Counted from the stretch's first letter, positions 1 to 9,528 are shown. The stretch is 64,000 nt of DNA from Nitrosopumilus sp. (GCA_965214775.1 OZ243974.1:1120001-1184000), one strand, 5' to 3'. Made by a program: numbers and translations. The notes: generated from the sequence alone by a model not told the origin.

Positions 1-102
1 AACCACGTTGGCTCCAAGTTTTCCAAATTCAATTGCAGCAGCTCTGCCAATTCCAGACGATGCGCCGGTAATCAGAACAGTCTTGTTTTTGAAATCCGCC
101 AC
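1..102 (-). CDS. Short-chain dehydrogenase/reductase, N-terminus only (runs off the window)
   Basis: Manual translation from GTG at 102 gives VADFKNKTVLITGASSGIGRAAAIEFGKLGANVV, with the TGxxxGIG Rossmann motif. Not in the ORF track. Confidence 0.85.
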   Translation of the reverse strand, partial: MADFKNKTVLITGASSGIGRAAAIEFGKLGANVV

Positions 103-496
103 ACACTGACAAAATTATTTGGGGATAAAGCAGTTTCTGTTGGGTATTTTTTGCATAGAAACAGGGCTTGAGAGGCAAGTTATTCTCCTCCTCCTTCCAT
201 GGGGCAAACATAGAGCCACCGGCAGCTGGCAGCAGTCCCAACCGGAAGAAAACAGCGTTTTGACTGGATTTGCAAGCCCTGTGGCATTCAAACTGAATTG
301 ATATGTTCTTAAAACTCGTTTGGGATTTTTTTGCACTGCGGATTTCCACTGCATGATATACCTGACGGGGAATTTCTTTGATTTTGTCTGCGTATTCTTC
401 TGCTTGTGCATGTTCGTCTTGGATCAGTAAAGGGATTCAATAAGAGCAATCCCTTCCATACGGGGAAGCAAAAGTTCCCGAAGATCAAACTCATCA

Positions 497-606
497 TAAC
501 AGATCGATCCCTGGAAGTTCAGGCATGAATTTTTTGTCACCAATGAATGCCGATCAAATGGAATCTGTGCCAAGTCAGAAACGGCTTCCAGAGCCCGATC
601 AATTAC
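497..606 (-). mobile_element. MITE family A (~110 bp, IS66-like ends)
   Basis: Reverse complement is similar to 18982-19092, 9329-9438 and 42752-42862. Confidence 0.7.
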
Positions 607-1578
607 TAGACCTTATGCGTAATCGACTGGATCGAAATATTACGTTTGCAAGCTGACCATGCATGCAGGACCGGCAGCGTCATACGGCATGTGCAAAGAC
701 GGCAGAGGACGCCGCACCGCATGTCATGAGCCCGTCTGGCTGACAAAAACCATGGTAACGTGCGGCATCGTGTGGCGCCGCAGTGCGCTCCGTACCGCGA
801 TATCAGAACCCAAGCATGAGCTTCTTGTTCTGCTCATCCCACAGCGTCCTAAAGTTGGCAAGCCCGGCTGTCACCTGGAACTCCCGGTCGAAATCCTCGG
901 CGGTCCCGTCGTACGGGTCGCGCATCCGCTTGTACTGCTTTACCAGCCATATGGCATGCTCGACTGTCACTCTCTTGCTGCTTGTCCTCCTGTTCTGTGT
1001 ATGCTGTTTCTTTGTAAGTTTGCCCCCCTTTGGCTTCTTGTGGGGCTGCATGGATATGACCCCGGGATACATTTTTTTGATTCCAAGGTACCCAAGATCC
1101 GATAACAGTTTTACCTTCTCGTCATCGGGATGCTTCCTGTTGCTGCGCATCCTGGCAGTCAGGATTCCCAGCTCCGGGGGAGGGGCTGTCCCTTATCATG
1201 GTGAGGTCGTGCGTGCTTCCCGGAGCCGACTTGCTTGCGTATATTATCAGCCTGTCCTTGTTGGTCATTACCTGGACGTTGCGCGTAAAACTCTTCTTCT
1301 TGCCAGAGTACGCCCTCCTTTCTTGGCTCCCTGTCTGTGGGGCGCTGTATGTCTATGTGCGTGCCGTCAACGGCTACGGTCAGGTCGGGGACGATCTTCA
1401 TCAGATCCTCTATGGTGCATGTGTTTCGTATATTCTGCGACATTTTATCCGGCGTGGGCAGTATCTCAAGGAATATGATGTCAGAAAACTTGATGTACCT
1501 GCATACGGTGCTCTGGTCTATGCCAAAGAATGCCGCCAGCTGCTCCTATACTGACGATCATTGAAAATTTCGCCTTCT

Positions 1579-2565
1579 TTACACGCGGCGCTCAAGATAT
1601 TTGTAGATGTCAACTTTAATGGAACACGTCCTAAAGTATTCTGAGACGGCTCTTTTGAGGTGATCTGCCGTATCGTAAAAGGCAGATGTGACCAGCCTGT
1701 ACTTGGCATCCTTCCAGATTGGCTCTATGCCACTCAGCTCCGGCCTAGCTACCGGCAGGTACAGCAGGACAACGTCGGGATTTTTCTTCAGGTACCTGCG
1801 AACCCTTCCGGTCTTATGCTGTGATGCGTTGTCCATCACCATCAGTACCTTTCCCCACTTTTTGCGCGCCTGCTTGAGATAACGCACAAAGTTTATGCTG
1901 TTGAACTTGTCGTATGTGTGCATCAGCCTGGTTCCGTCGTCTGCAACCGTTCCGTATACCACGACGCGCTCCCTTCTGCCGGATCGTTGCACCTCGATCC
2001 TGTCCCCCACTGGCGACCAGAACTTTCTGCCGTCCCTTCCCGTACTGACGAATATCGACTCGTCCTGTACGGTTATCCTGAATCCGCGCCTTTTTGCAAG
2101 CCTAATCGTGTCTTTTGCCTCCCTTTGCCATCGTCTTACCTCCTTTGCGTCGGCAGCATTTGCCAGCTTGGTAGTTGACGTCTTTAGCGAGAATCCCATC
2201 GTGCGCAGGATTCTTCTGATGCTTCCAACGCTGTATGTGACATGCAGTTTGCGGCGCACCCAGTTGCGCATCTTCTTTGGGGTGAGCTTTTCCATCCTGC
2301 GCAGCCTCGTGGCGATCTTTTTTATCCTGCCGACTGGGACCTTTGGCTTTTTCCCCCTGTTGGGGGAGTCACGGAGACCGTCAACGCCGTCAAGCTCAAA
2401 CCTCTCAACCCACATCTGTACTGTACGCTGTGTCACGTCGGCAATCTCTGCGGTCTGTGCAGTGGTGTTGCCAAGCAGTACGGAGCGCACCGCTAGGATT
2501 CTGGTATAAACCCTGTTATCCTTTTCGACACGCATGGCATCCGTGAGGATTTTCGTCTTGTTCAT
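1579..2565 (-). CDS. IS630 transposase
   Basis: HTH N-terminus and QDES, MDNASQH and PELSGIE DDE motifs. The ORF-track start at 2595 lies in the inserted IS110 end, so ATG at 2565 is preferred. Confidence 0.9.
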   Translation of the reverse strand: MNKTKILTDAMRVEKDNRVYTRILAVRSVLLGNTTAQTAEIADVTQRTVQMWVERFELDGVDGLRDSPNRGKKPKVPVGRIKKIATRLRRMEKLTPKKMRNWVRRKLHVTYSVGSIRRILRTMGFSLKTSTTKLANAADAKEVRRWQREAKDTIRLAKRRGFRITVQDESIFVSTGRDGRKFWSPVGDRIEVQRSGRRERVVVYGTVADDGTRLMHTYDKFNSINFVRYLKQARKKWGKVLMVMDNASQHKTGRVRRYLKKNPDVVLLYLPVARPELSGIEPIWKDAKYRLVTSAFYDTADHLKRAVSEYFRTCSIKVDIYKYLERRV

Positions 2566-2705
2566 GTCAGAAGGGCCATGGCGGAGATCTCCCATATGAA
2601 ATCGTACCAGATCCTACCGTGGACCCTTGCCAGCGTGATGTTCCGAATCAGGACAATGTTGCTATGCGATGCATCCTCTTATACTTTCTCTGCGTGAGAG
2701 TCTTG

Positions 2706-3746
2706 TCTATCATACGAAAATTAGTTCCGCCTAAGATCAGGCGTACTTTGAAGGATTATTTTAGGCTGTACCGATCAAAAAACGTGAGGAAAAAATTGGA
2801 GGAAAAGTCGCTCCGGTACATAGAAAAGCAGAGGAAAAAGGGCGTGCCTGCAAAGCAGATAGCCCGGGAGCTGGGCATCAGCGACAGGTATGTCAGGAAG
2901 ATATGGGCCAGATTCCGCAGCTCCGGCACAGTCCTGCCACGGAGCGGGGCAGGAAGGCCCTGCATGGACACGGATCCCGTGGATGTGGAGGCGGTCCTTG
3001 ACGCATATGCGCGGATGCCGTCGGGTGTGGAGAGGCTGGCATTGCGCATGAGGGCCGCAGGCAGGCAGATAAGCTACCATGCAGTATACAGGATCATGAA
3101 GGCCGAGGGAATAACGGACGGCTCGCCTGCCAGACCCAGACAGCTCAAGTGGCTGCGCTATGAGCGCAAGTACTCCAATGCAATGTGGCACGTGGACTGG
3201 CACGAAATGAAGGATTCACGCCTAGAAAAACTCAATCTGGTGGCATATCTTGACGATTCCTCGCGGTGCATAACCGGATTTGGCGTCTTTGAGCGCGCGA
3301 CCTCGGAGAACGCAGTCCTGGTGCTGCGCAAGGCCATCAAAGAGTTCGGGACGCCGGCCCAGGTACTCTCGGACAACGGCAGCTGCTTTACGTCAGCCAG
3401 GCGCGGTACCCCAAGGGGCAGCTGGACGCCCACGCTGTTTGAGAACGAGCTGCTAGAGCACAGCATCGTCCTGCTCAACTCGCGTCCGCATCACCCCCAG
3501 ACCAACGGCAAGTTGGAGAGGTGGTTCAGAACGCTTGAGAAGGAGCTGACGCACTTTGAGAAGGTAGACGAGTTCATCGAGTTCTACAACGAGCACAGGA
3601 CGCACTGGTCGCTTGACATCAAGCGTGCAGAGACTCCCAGAATGGCGTTCCGGAGCCGGGAGGCCACAGAAGCGATCAGGAAAAGCGACCCCAAATGGAT
3701 GGAGAAGGATACTAATGAGGGGCGGAACTAATTTTCATATGAAACA
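2706..3746 (+). mobile_element. IS481-family element with 15-bp TSD
   Basis: TIRs TCTATCATACGAAAATTAGTTCCGCC and GGCGGAACTAATTTTCATATGAAACA. TGCGTGAGAGTCTTG occurs at 2691-2705 and 3747-3761. Confidence 0.9.
2784..3731 (+). CDS. IS481 transposase (rve integrase core)
   Basis: WHVD, LSDNGSCF and PQTNGKLER motifs. Confidence 0.92.
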   Translation: MRKKLEEKSLRYIEKQRKKGVPAKQIARELGISDRYVRKIWARFRSSGTVLPRSGAGRPCMDTDPVDVEAVLDAYARMPSGVERLALRMRAAGRQISYHAVYRIMKAEGITDGSPARPRQLKWLRYERKYSNAMWHVDWHEMKDSRLEKLNLVAYLDDSSRCITGFGVFERATSENAVLVLRKAIKEFGTPAQVLSDNGSCFTSARRGTPRGSWTPTLFENELLEHSIVLLNSRPHHPQTNGKLERWFRTLEKELTHFEKVDEFIEFYNEHRTHWSLDIKRAETPRMAFRSREATEAIRKSDPKWMEKDTNEGRN

Positions 3747-3934
3747 TGCGTGAGAGTCTTGCTCTGAGTGCGGTACTCTTCTCCGGTGGTCAGCATGTGC
3801 CAGATTATCTCCAGCATATGCCTTGCAACTGCAATCTTTGCCTTCTGCCATCCTCGTCTCTTTCTTATCCTTTCATATATAGAACCAAGTCTTGAGTCGT
3901 TTCGTACTGCTGTGGCCGAGTTGATCATGTTATC

Positions 3935-4122
3935 ACCTCCTTTTTGATCAAAATGCCTGATCCGGGCGGAATCTCCCATTCACCGTCTGCGCGGTATATT
4001 GCTTTCCGCCTGCTGTTACGAGTCAGTCTATAAAACACCCTTGTACATGGTAAGATCACATCGACTCTCAGGCCCAACGATAATTGTATATCACAGGATA
4101 CTGATAAGATTTCATATAGCGT
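3935..4122 (-). ncRNA. Putative IS110 bridge/seek RNA, copy 1
   Basis: Non-coding left end with two hairpins bearing internal loops, whose strands match the target and donor junction sequences (see findings). Confidence 0.65.
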
Positions 4123-4820
4123 CTATAAACCTTCACAAGACGTGTAATCAGGCGAAATTTTCAATGATCGTCAGTATAGATGAGGTTTCCGCGCTTGCGC
4201 ATCAGGGCCAGCAGGAAGGCGTGTCTGTAGGACAACTTGCACCGGTTTCCGGGCCCGTCGTCCTCGTCCTCAGAAAACAGGGGGGCACTCTGTATGCTTT
4301 TTGGCCTTCTCCGTATACAGGTTTAATATATATTCAAACTGACGCAGGTTCAGGGACGTGGTGGCCTGCAGGGATTCGCTACCGATTATGATGTCATCAA
4401 GCACCTCGAGCCTGTGCATGAACGCGGCGTTCTCTGCGGTATGCCTTTTGTCATTCCATGTTACAGGCCAGAACCCGCGCTCAAAGTCCAGCCTCTGGTT
4501 TAACTGCCCTATCTTGTCCTGGGCCTGCTCGTACATTTGCCTGTACTGTGCATTCTCCCTCCCTTGCTGCCTGGCCTCCCTCTTGTCCTGAATCTTCTCC
4601 TGCCTGTGCCTTTGCCTGTACTGCTCATTCGCTTTCCTCAGTTGCCGTATAAGCACGGTCTCGGACTTTGCCATCACTCCTGTTCGAGGATGGATCCCGG
4701 ATCTAAATCAACCGACTGAAAATAGTTGCAGTTTTGATCAAATATTTTGGACAATGCGAGGCGCTGCCTGCCAGCCTGATGCATGATCAGCTTGCAAACA
4801 GGATATTTCGATCCGGGCGA

Positions 4821-5306
4821 TTACGCATAAAGTCTATTATATTTTTTATAGAAATCGATTGCATCTTTGGTAAATAATACGATGTATCTACAGCCAATTT
4901 TTTCTGATACAATTCTAGCTAGTCCATTGCACCACATTAGTACATATTTTCCAAATCCTTTTCCTCGCAATCTTTTATCAATACAAAAATCAAGAATTAT
5001 CATGGAAGGAAAGAATGCACCATCACGAGTAGGAGCTCTCTTTTTTGGAACAATCTCATCTTTGTGAATGTTTGATGAAGCCAGAGTTACATAACCTATT
5101 GTTTTGTTTTTGTAATTAACAAGATATGTTGTACCCAAATGCGCCTTTTGATTCTTCAACGCTCTTTTTTCAATAAAGTTTTGTAAAAATTGAGAATCTT
5201 GACCTTTGTTATCTGTGCAATCAAGACATGGTTTAGTTTTTGAGTTTATTTGTGGAAAACTAAAAGCAGTTGTATCAATTACATCTTTTCTGGAAGAGCC
5301 ACTCAC
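4821..5306 (-). pseudogene. GNAT acetyltransferase (toxin-like), C-terminus cut by the IS5 TIR
   Basis: IGYVTL, CIDKRLRGKGFGK acetyl-CoA motif and AIDFYKKY; the last codons come from the IS end. Confidence 0.8.
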
Positions 5307-5357
5307 AAAATTGTGAAAGTATGCAGGTAATTATTTTTTGCTTTGCTGAGGAATTGG

Positions 5358-5495
5358 CTATGAGCAATTATTGCGATAAAATTCTTCAGATTCTGCCATG
5401 AATTGTCGTTCTTTTTTTGTAGATTTGCTTTTTTGATATTTATCAAAAGACTTTGCATTTTTATCCTTTAGAACTATAGGATCATTTGGATTCAT
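5358..5495 (-). CDS. 45-aa putative antitoxin upstream of the GNAT
   Basis: Manual translation: MNPNDPIVLKDKNAKSFDKYQKSKSTKKERQFMAESEEFYRNNCS. Same strand and AT-richness as the GNAT. Confidence 0.55.
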   Translation of the reverse strand: MNPNDPIVLKDKNAKSFDKYQKSKSTKKERQFMAESEEFYRNNCS

Positions 5496-5552
5496 TCCAA
5501 CATCGTCTCCAGTATAGAGGGACTTTCTATGCTCTTAAATTAAGCATTTCAT

Positions 5553-5674
5553 CAGTCTTCCCAAAAGTAACCCAAAAAACGGCTCCAAACCGTGAAACAG
5601 TTCAAGCCCAACTGCCTGCAGATCCGCATGTCACCTACTGCACCGCCGTGAGTTGGTTACTTCTGGGAAGACTG
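5553..5674. mobile_element. MITE family E (TIR CAGTCTTCCCA); other copies at 9723-9843, 30906-31005 and 62201-62320
   Basis: CAGTCTTCCCAAAAG...CTTCTGGGAAGACTG ends and a shared internal TGCAGATCC motif. Confidence 0.8.
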
Positions 5675-5686
5675 TATATGCTAGAA

Positions 5687-5820
5687 GACATATATGTTGG
5701 TAGACATATCATGGGATCTTGCCTCGATGGTATGGCTGATCAGTATCTTCATGATCATACTCCCACGTCGCATCCCCGTGAGGCACAAATATCCGCCGAC
5801 ATATATGTCAGTAGACATAT
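5687..5820. promoter_or_regulatory. Two 23-bp direct repeats with palindromic cores upstream of the ATPase (candidate operators)
   Basis: GACATATATGTTGGTAGACATAT (5687-5709) and GACATATATGTCAGTAGACATAT (5798-5820). Confidence 0.45.
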
Positions 5821-5844
5821 ATGATGATAAACATAGTGTAACGC

Positions 5845-7011
5845 ATGTCAGTGATTGGCAGGCCTCCGGAAGACCCCGTAGACAGGGAAGAGGAGGTCGG
5901 TAAGATCGTAGGTGCCATGACAGACCCAAAGACCAATGCAAATTATGCGCTTGTCGGACATAGAAGAATAGGCAAGTCAACCATACTAGCAAAGGTCAAA
6001 AGGATTCTAGATGAGAACAATCAGGTAATTATAGGATACGTCGATCTTGGCGAGTTCCGACATTCCCCAGTTGAGTTTGCAGAGACATTGACAGAAAGCC
6101 TGACAGAGTCATATTCCAAGACCCTTCCAAGAACTTCCAAGGTAATCCAGTCGATCACATCGGCAATATCTCAGATCAAGGAGATCAAGAGGCTGCGTGC
6201 CAGGTTCACTGCAAGTGTAGATGTGATGGGAAATCCAAAAATAGAGATCGACCCCCTTGTCAAGAGCAGAACAAAAGATCATGCAAAATCCCTCTTCAAT
6301 GTATTTGACTATGCAAATGAGCTGTCGCAGATATCAAAAAAGAGGGTACTGGTAATCATAGACGAGTTTCAGCACATTATAGACTACAGGAAGATGGAGG
6401 GGCTTGAGAGAATACATGACATACTCAAGACAATTATTGAAAAAAGAACCAACGTATCATTTGTGGTAAGCGGCTCTAGGGTTCATTACCTTCAAAACAT
6501 TCTGGGAGGGGGTACAAGTCCACTGTTTGGTCATTTTGTGATTCTTGACATAGAACCTTTGGAGAAAAAATACGCAATTGAGCTGTTTGCAAAGTCCAGC
6601 AGAGACCCGGCTAGTAGGGAAACCGCAGAGGCCGCATTTGAGGAGGTGGGAGGACATCCCTACTATCTTGTAATGCTTGCAGAGGGGAGAAAAAAAGACG
6701 AGTTGGTTCATGATGCATACATGCGGCTGCTTACGAGGCCGACTGGCGCGATATACCTGTATGTCAACTATGTCCTGACTGAGAACCTTGGAGCAAGCTA
6801 CAAAAGCACCAACTATCCCCCAATACTGGTGTCGCTTGCAATGGGAGCAAAACCAGTCTCTGAGATAGCAAGGGACGCACAAATCAGGATGACGGATTTG
6901 CCAAGACTGCTAAACACGCTGATCGAATATGACATCATAGGAAAATCAGGTAAAAAATACTTCATAGCAGACAAGGTGGTACGGGACTTTTTCTGCCAAG
7001 CGGGCGCGTAG
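5845..7011 (+). CDS. Archaeal-type AAA ATPase with C-terminal winged helix
   Basis: PVDREEE, Walker A GHRRIGKST, Walker B IIDEFQH, GGHPYY and a C-terminal HTH (PVSEIARDAQI). Confidence 0.88.
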   Translation: MSVIGRPPEDPVDREEEVGKIVGAMTDPKTNANYALVGHRRIGKSTILAKVKRILDENNQVIIGYVDLGEFRHSPVEFAETLTESLTESYSKTLPRTSKVIQSITSAISQIKEIKRLRARFTASVDVMGNPKIEIDPLVKSRTKDHAKSLFNVFDYANELSQISKKRVLVIIDEFQHIIDYRKMEGLERIHDILKTIIEKRTNVSFVVSGSRVHYLQNILGGGTSPLFGHFVILDIEPLEKKYAIELFAKSSRDPASRETAEAAFEEVGGHPYYLVMLAEGRKKDELVHDAYMRLLTRPTGAIYLYVNYVLTENLGASYKSTNYPPILVSLAMGAKPVSEIARDAQIRMTDLPRLLNTLIEYDIIGKSGKKYFIADKVVRDFFCQAGA

Positions 7012-7093
7012 GCCAACCCCTGGTGCGGACCCCAAAAAAGAAGGAACGATCAGCAATGCACACTTTTTTTAGTTTGGAGGTCGAATCACAAAT

Positions 7094-7256
7094 ATGATCA
7101 AGAAAATATAGAGTACACAGGACAAGATAGGGATGGTCATGAAGCATCTCAACACCAACATCGAAACAGCAGAGTTGTGTAGCCGCCACAACCTCTCCCC
7201 AAGGACGTTTTACCAGTGGAGGGAGCGCTTTTTGCAGGCCGGACGCGCATCGCTGT
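7094..7256 (+). pseudogene. IS3-family orfA remnant
   Basis: Manual translation MIKKI*STQDKIGMVMKHLNTNIETAELCSRHNLSPRTFYQWRERFLQAG: an HTH with an internal stop. Confidence 0.7.
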
Positions 7257-7258
7257 TA

Positions 7259-7346
7259 TAGTGCGTGCAGTTGAAAATGGAATATTTTTTTGGTGAAATA
7301 GGCACGATGTGTCAAAATCGTATTCCATTTTTTTATGTATTGACTA
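7259..7346. mobile_element. MITE family F; other copies at ~16499-16586, ~20182-20270 (reverse) and ~20388-20475
   Basis: Shared GTGCAGTTGAAAA...TGG(T/C)GAAATAGGCA...CCATTTTTT sequence. Confidence 0.8.
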
Positions 7347-7567
7347 CATCAGTATGTGGTCACGTCCCCTTGCTAGCTAGGCACGAAGATTACAATCATT
7401 CATGCTAATTTGTGCCTGACTGATGGGGGTAGGTGACCTCGTACCTTAATTCAGTCAAATGATCATTCTCTAGTCATGTTGGGAGATGAAGAATTAGACA
7501 GTGCCTAGAAAACAACAAGTATTTTCTCTTTTCTATGTATGTACAATTTTGTTTCATATGAAAATTG

Positions 7568-7684
7568 GTAATAGGATAGCCCTGCCTAGAGTTGGAGTCA
7601 CGCCCCTTGCCGGACATGCATGAAAATCACAACTGCAGGCAGATTCGTGCCTGATTACTGCCTAGGCAGGAGCTATCCTGTTAC
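7568..7684. mobile_element. MITE family B (IS66-like)
   Basis: GTAATAGG...CCTGTTAC ends; similar to 19181-19298 and 25859-25976. Confidence 0.85.
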
Positions 7685-7757
7685 AGCAGAAATAATTGAG
7701 GTTTTTTACGTGTAGTTATAACCTACTTTGACTCAAAGACTTCTGTCCGTTGCTATA
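7685..7757. mobile_element. MITE family C (IS630-type), truncated copy
   Basis: Matches the reverse complement of 10641-10723 and 59080-59162. Confidence 0.8.
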
Positions 7758-7912
7758 TAAGGTGTTACAAAACACCTAAACGTGAAATTGGTAGGAGAAT
7801 TGACGGTTAGCTATGACGGTGCTCTGGTTAAACCTTTGTCATTTGCCAATTATCTTTCACTAGACTTGGAAAAGATTTTAAGTCCTTTACTAATCCTTGG
7901 AGATCATAATTT

Positions 7913-9310
7913 GTGATTACAATGGATGCTTTAATTAAAAAGTCTACCAACTTGAACGGAAAAATACGAGTTCCTGGTTCTAAATCCTACACTCACAGAG
8001 TGATTGCAGCTGCCTCTCTCTATGGAAGCAATACATTAATTCGAAACCCGTCAAACTCTGATGCAAACGATGCCATGATTAAAGCATGTAGACAATTTGG
8101 CGCCTCTGTTGAATGGGATGGAAACAATATCAGGGTCAAGGGCGTAAAGGGTCATCCTACTCCGGACAAGCCCATTGATGTTGGTAATTCTGGAACTGCT
8201 ATGAGAATTGCAGTGGCTTTGGCGAGCTTGGCAAAAGGCAACTTGATAATAACAGGTGATCCTTCTTTACAAAACAGACCCACCAGGCCTTTGCTTGACG
8301 CTTTAAGGACCCTGGGTGTTGATTTGACTGGAATTTGTAAACAGACTGATGACGGCATTCAAGAATTTGCTCCAATTACAATCAATGCAACCGGTAGTGT
8401 AAGGGGCGGAAAAGTAGAGATATCTTGTAAAGAAAGTTCCCAATATCTGACTGCATTACTACTTGTTGGCAACTTTGCACAAAACGATGTTGAAATTACA
8501 GTAGCAGACACTGTTGTTTCTAAACCATATGTTAGAATGACTCTGGAAGTATTGCGTAAATTTGGACTAGACATCCGTGCTTCAGACGATTTAATGACAT
8601 ACAAAATCAAATCACAACAAGACTATCACAAGCCAGACAATTATGACATACCTGGGGATTATTCACAAGCCGCATTCCCGTTGGCAGCCGCATGCCTGGT
8701 CAATTCCGACATTAGAGTAAAAGGATTGGATCCAAATGATCAACAAGGCGATAAGATTATTGTGGATATTCTTAGGAGAATGGGTGCAATAATTGAAGAA
8801 GACGGTGATGACCTTGTTGTAAAAGGATCATTTGATCTGCGTGGAATTGAGGTTGATCTGATTGATGCCCCTGACCTATTTCCCGTACTGTCTGTATTGG
8901 GAATTTATGCTAACGGAAAAATGCGGTTGTACAACATGCCGCAAATTCGCTCCAAGGAGACTGATAGAATTGCAGTAATTGAACGCGAGTTGACAAAATA
9001 CGGAGTTAGAATAGAATCAAAGCATGATGAAATGACTGTATACCAGACTGACTTGCCTGAAAAAGAGTACGTGTTTAGTGCAAAAGGTGATCAGGGAGTG
9101 ACTGACCACAGAGTTGCCATGGCGTTATCCTTAATTGGCATTCGTAGCGGCTGTTCTGTCATTAAAGAAGCACACAAAATCGACGTTTCATATCCTGATT
9201 ATCTAGATGACATGGAGAGTATTGGAGTCAACATAGACAGAACGGGCTCAGAGACACCGTCAATTGATGCCAAACCAAAAAATGAAGTTACTCCCAATCT
9301 GGAAATGTGA
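7913..9310 (+). CDS. aroA: 3-phosphoshikimate 1-carboxyvinyltransferase (EPSP synthase)
   Basis: PGSKSYTHR, DVGNSGTAMR, SSQYLTALL, PGDYSQA, RSKETDR and DHRVAMA motifs. Confidence 0.92.
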   Translation: MITMDALIKKSTNLNGKIRVPGSKSYTHRVIAAASLYGSNTLIRNPSNSDANDAMIKACRQFGASVEWDGNNIRVKGVKGHPTPDKPIDVGNSGTAMRIAVALASLAKGNLIITGDPSLQNRPTRPLLDALRTLGVDLTGICKQTDDGIQEFAPITINATGSVRGGKVEISCKESSQYLTALLLVGNFAQNDVEITVADTVVSKPYVRMTLEVLRKFGLDIRASDDLMTYKIKSQQDYHKPDNYDIPGDYSQAAFPLAAACLVNSDIRVKGLDPNDQQGDKIIVDILRRMGAIIEEDGDDLVVKGSFDLRGIEVDLIDAPDLFPVLSVLGIYANGKMRLYNMPQIRSKETDRIAVIERELTKYGVRIESKHDEMTVYQTDLPEKEYVFSAKGDQGVTDHRVAMALSLIGIRSGCSVIKEAHKIDVSYPDYLDDMESIGVNIDRTGSETPSIDAKPKNEVTPNLEM

Positions 9311-9328
9311 AAAGACCTGCGATTGCTG

Positions 9329-9438
9329 GTAACAGCTCGGGCTCTGGGTGCAGTCCATGATTTCATGCGCGAATCTGCCCGGGAGGTTCTCCAAGATGGC
9401 AAAACTCATCCCTGAACTTCCAGAACCCGAGCTGTTGC
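9329..9438 (+). mobile_element. MITE family A copy
   Basis: GTAACAGCTCGGG...CCCGAGCTGTTGC inverted ends. Confidence 0.75.
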
Positions 9439-9528
9439 CTCCAAAGCCGCACCTGTGGGTTCTGTGCAATCTTCGACACCTGAAATGTGGATCTTCTCCT
9501 GATTGAAACGATGGTATTCTGGACACGG

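Larger units (their letters stand above)
2591..4122 (-). mobile_element. Non-autonomous mini-IS110 (internal deletion), ~476 bp once the nested IS481 is removed
   Basis: Left end is nearly identical to 9866-10068. ATGATCAAC is fused directly to the C-terminal KAKIAVARHMLEIIWHML segment. Subterminal IRs (ATATGAAATC). CT core on both sides (2589-2590, 4123-4124). Confidence 0.85.
1549..4176 (-). mobile_element. IS630-family element inserted in the IS5 element
   Basis: TIR TACTGACGATCATTGAAAATTTCGCC at both ends; TA duplicated at 1547-1548 and 4177-4178. Confidence 0.9.
607..4836 (-). mobile_element. IS5-family (DDE_Tnp_4-type) element, frameshifted; outermost host of a nested stack
   Basis: Terminal inverted repeats (TIRs) TAGACCTTATGCGTAATCG (607) and CGATTACGCATAAAGTCTA (ends 4836). 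Transposase pieces at 4270-4677, ~1159-1546 (FGIDQSTVCRY, VDGTH) and 803-1150 (DLGY, RVTVEHAI). Confidence 0.85.

Noticed and set aside
29-497. Short ORFs at 29-349, 115-411 and 309-497
   Set aside because: No recognisable motifs; one overlaps the better-supported SDR start.
2619-2783. N-terminal extension of the IS481 ORF (similarly 10009-10059, 28970-29071, 45556-45741 and 56821-56907)
   Set aside because: These extensions cross element boundaries, non-coding ends or neighbouring genes and are ORF-caller overruns.
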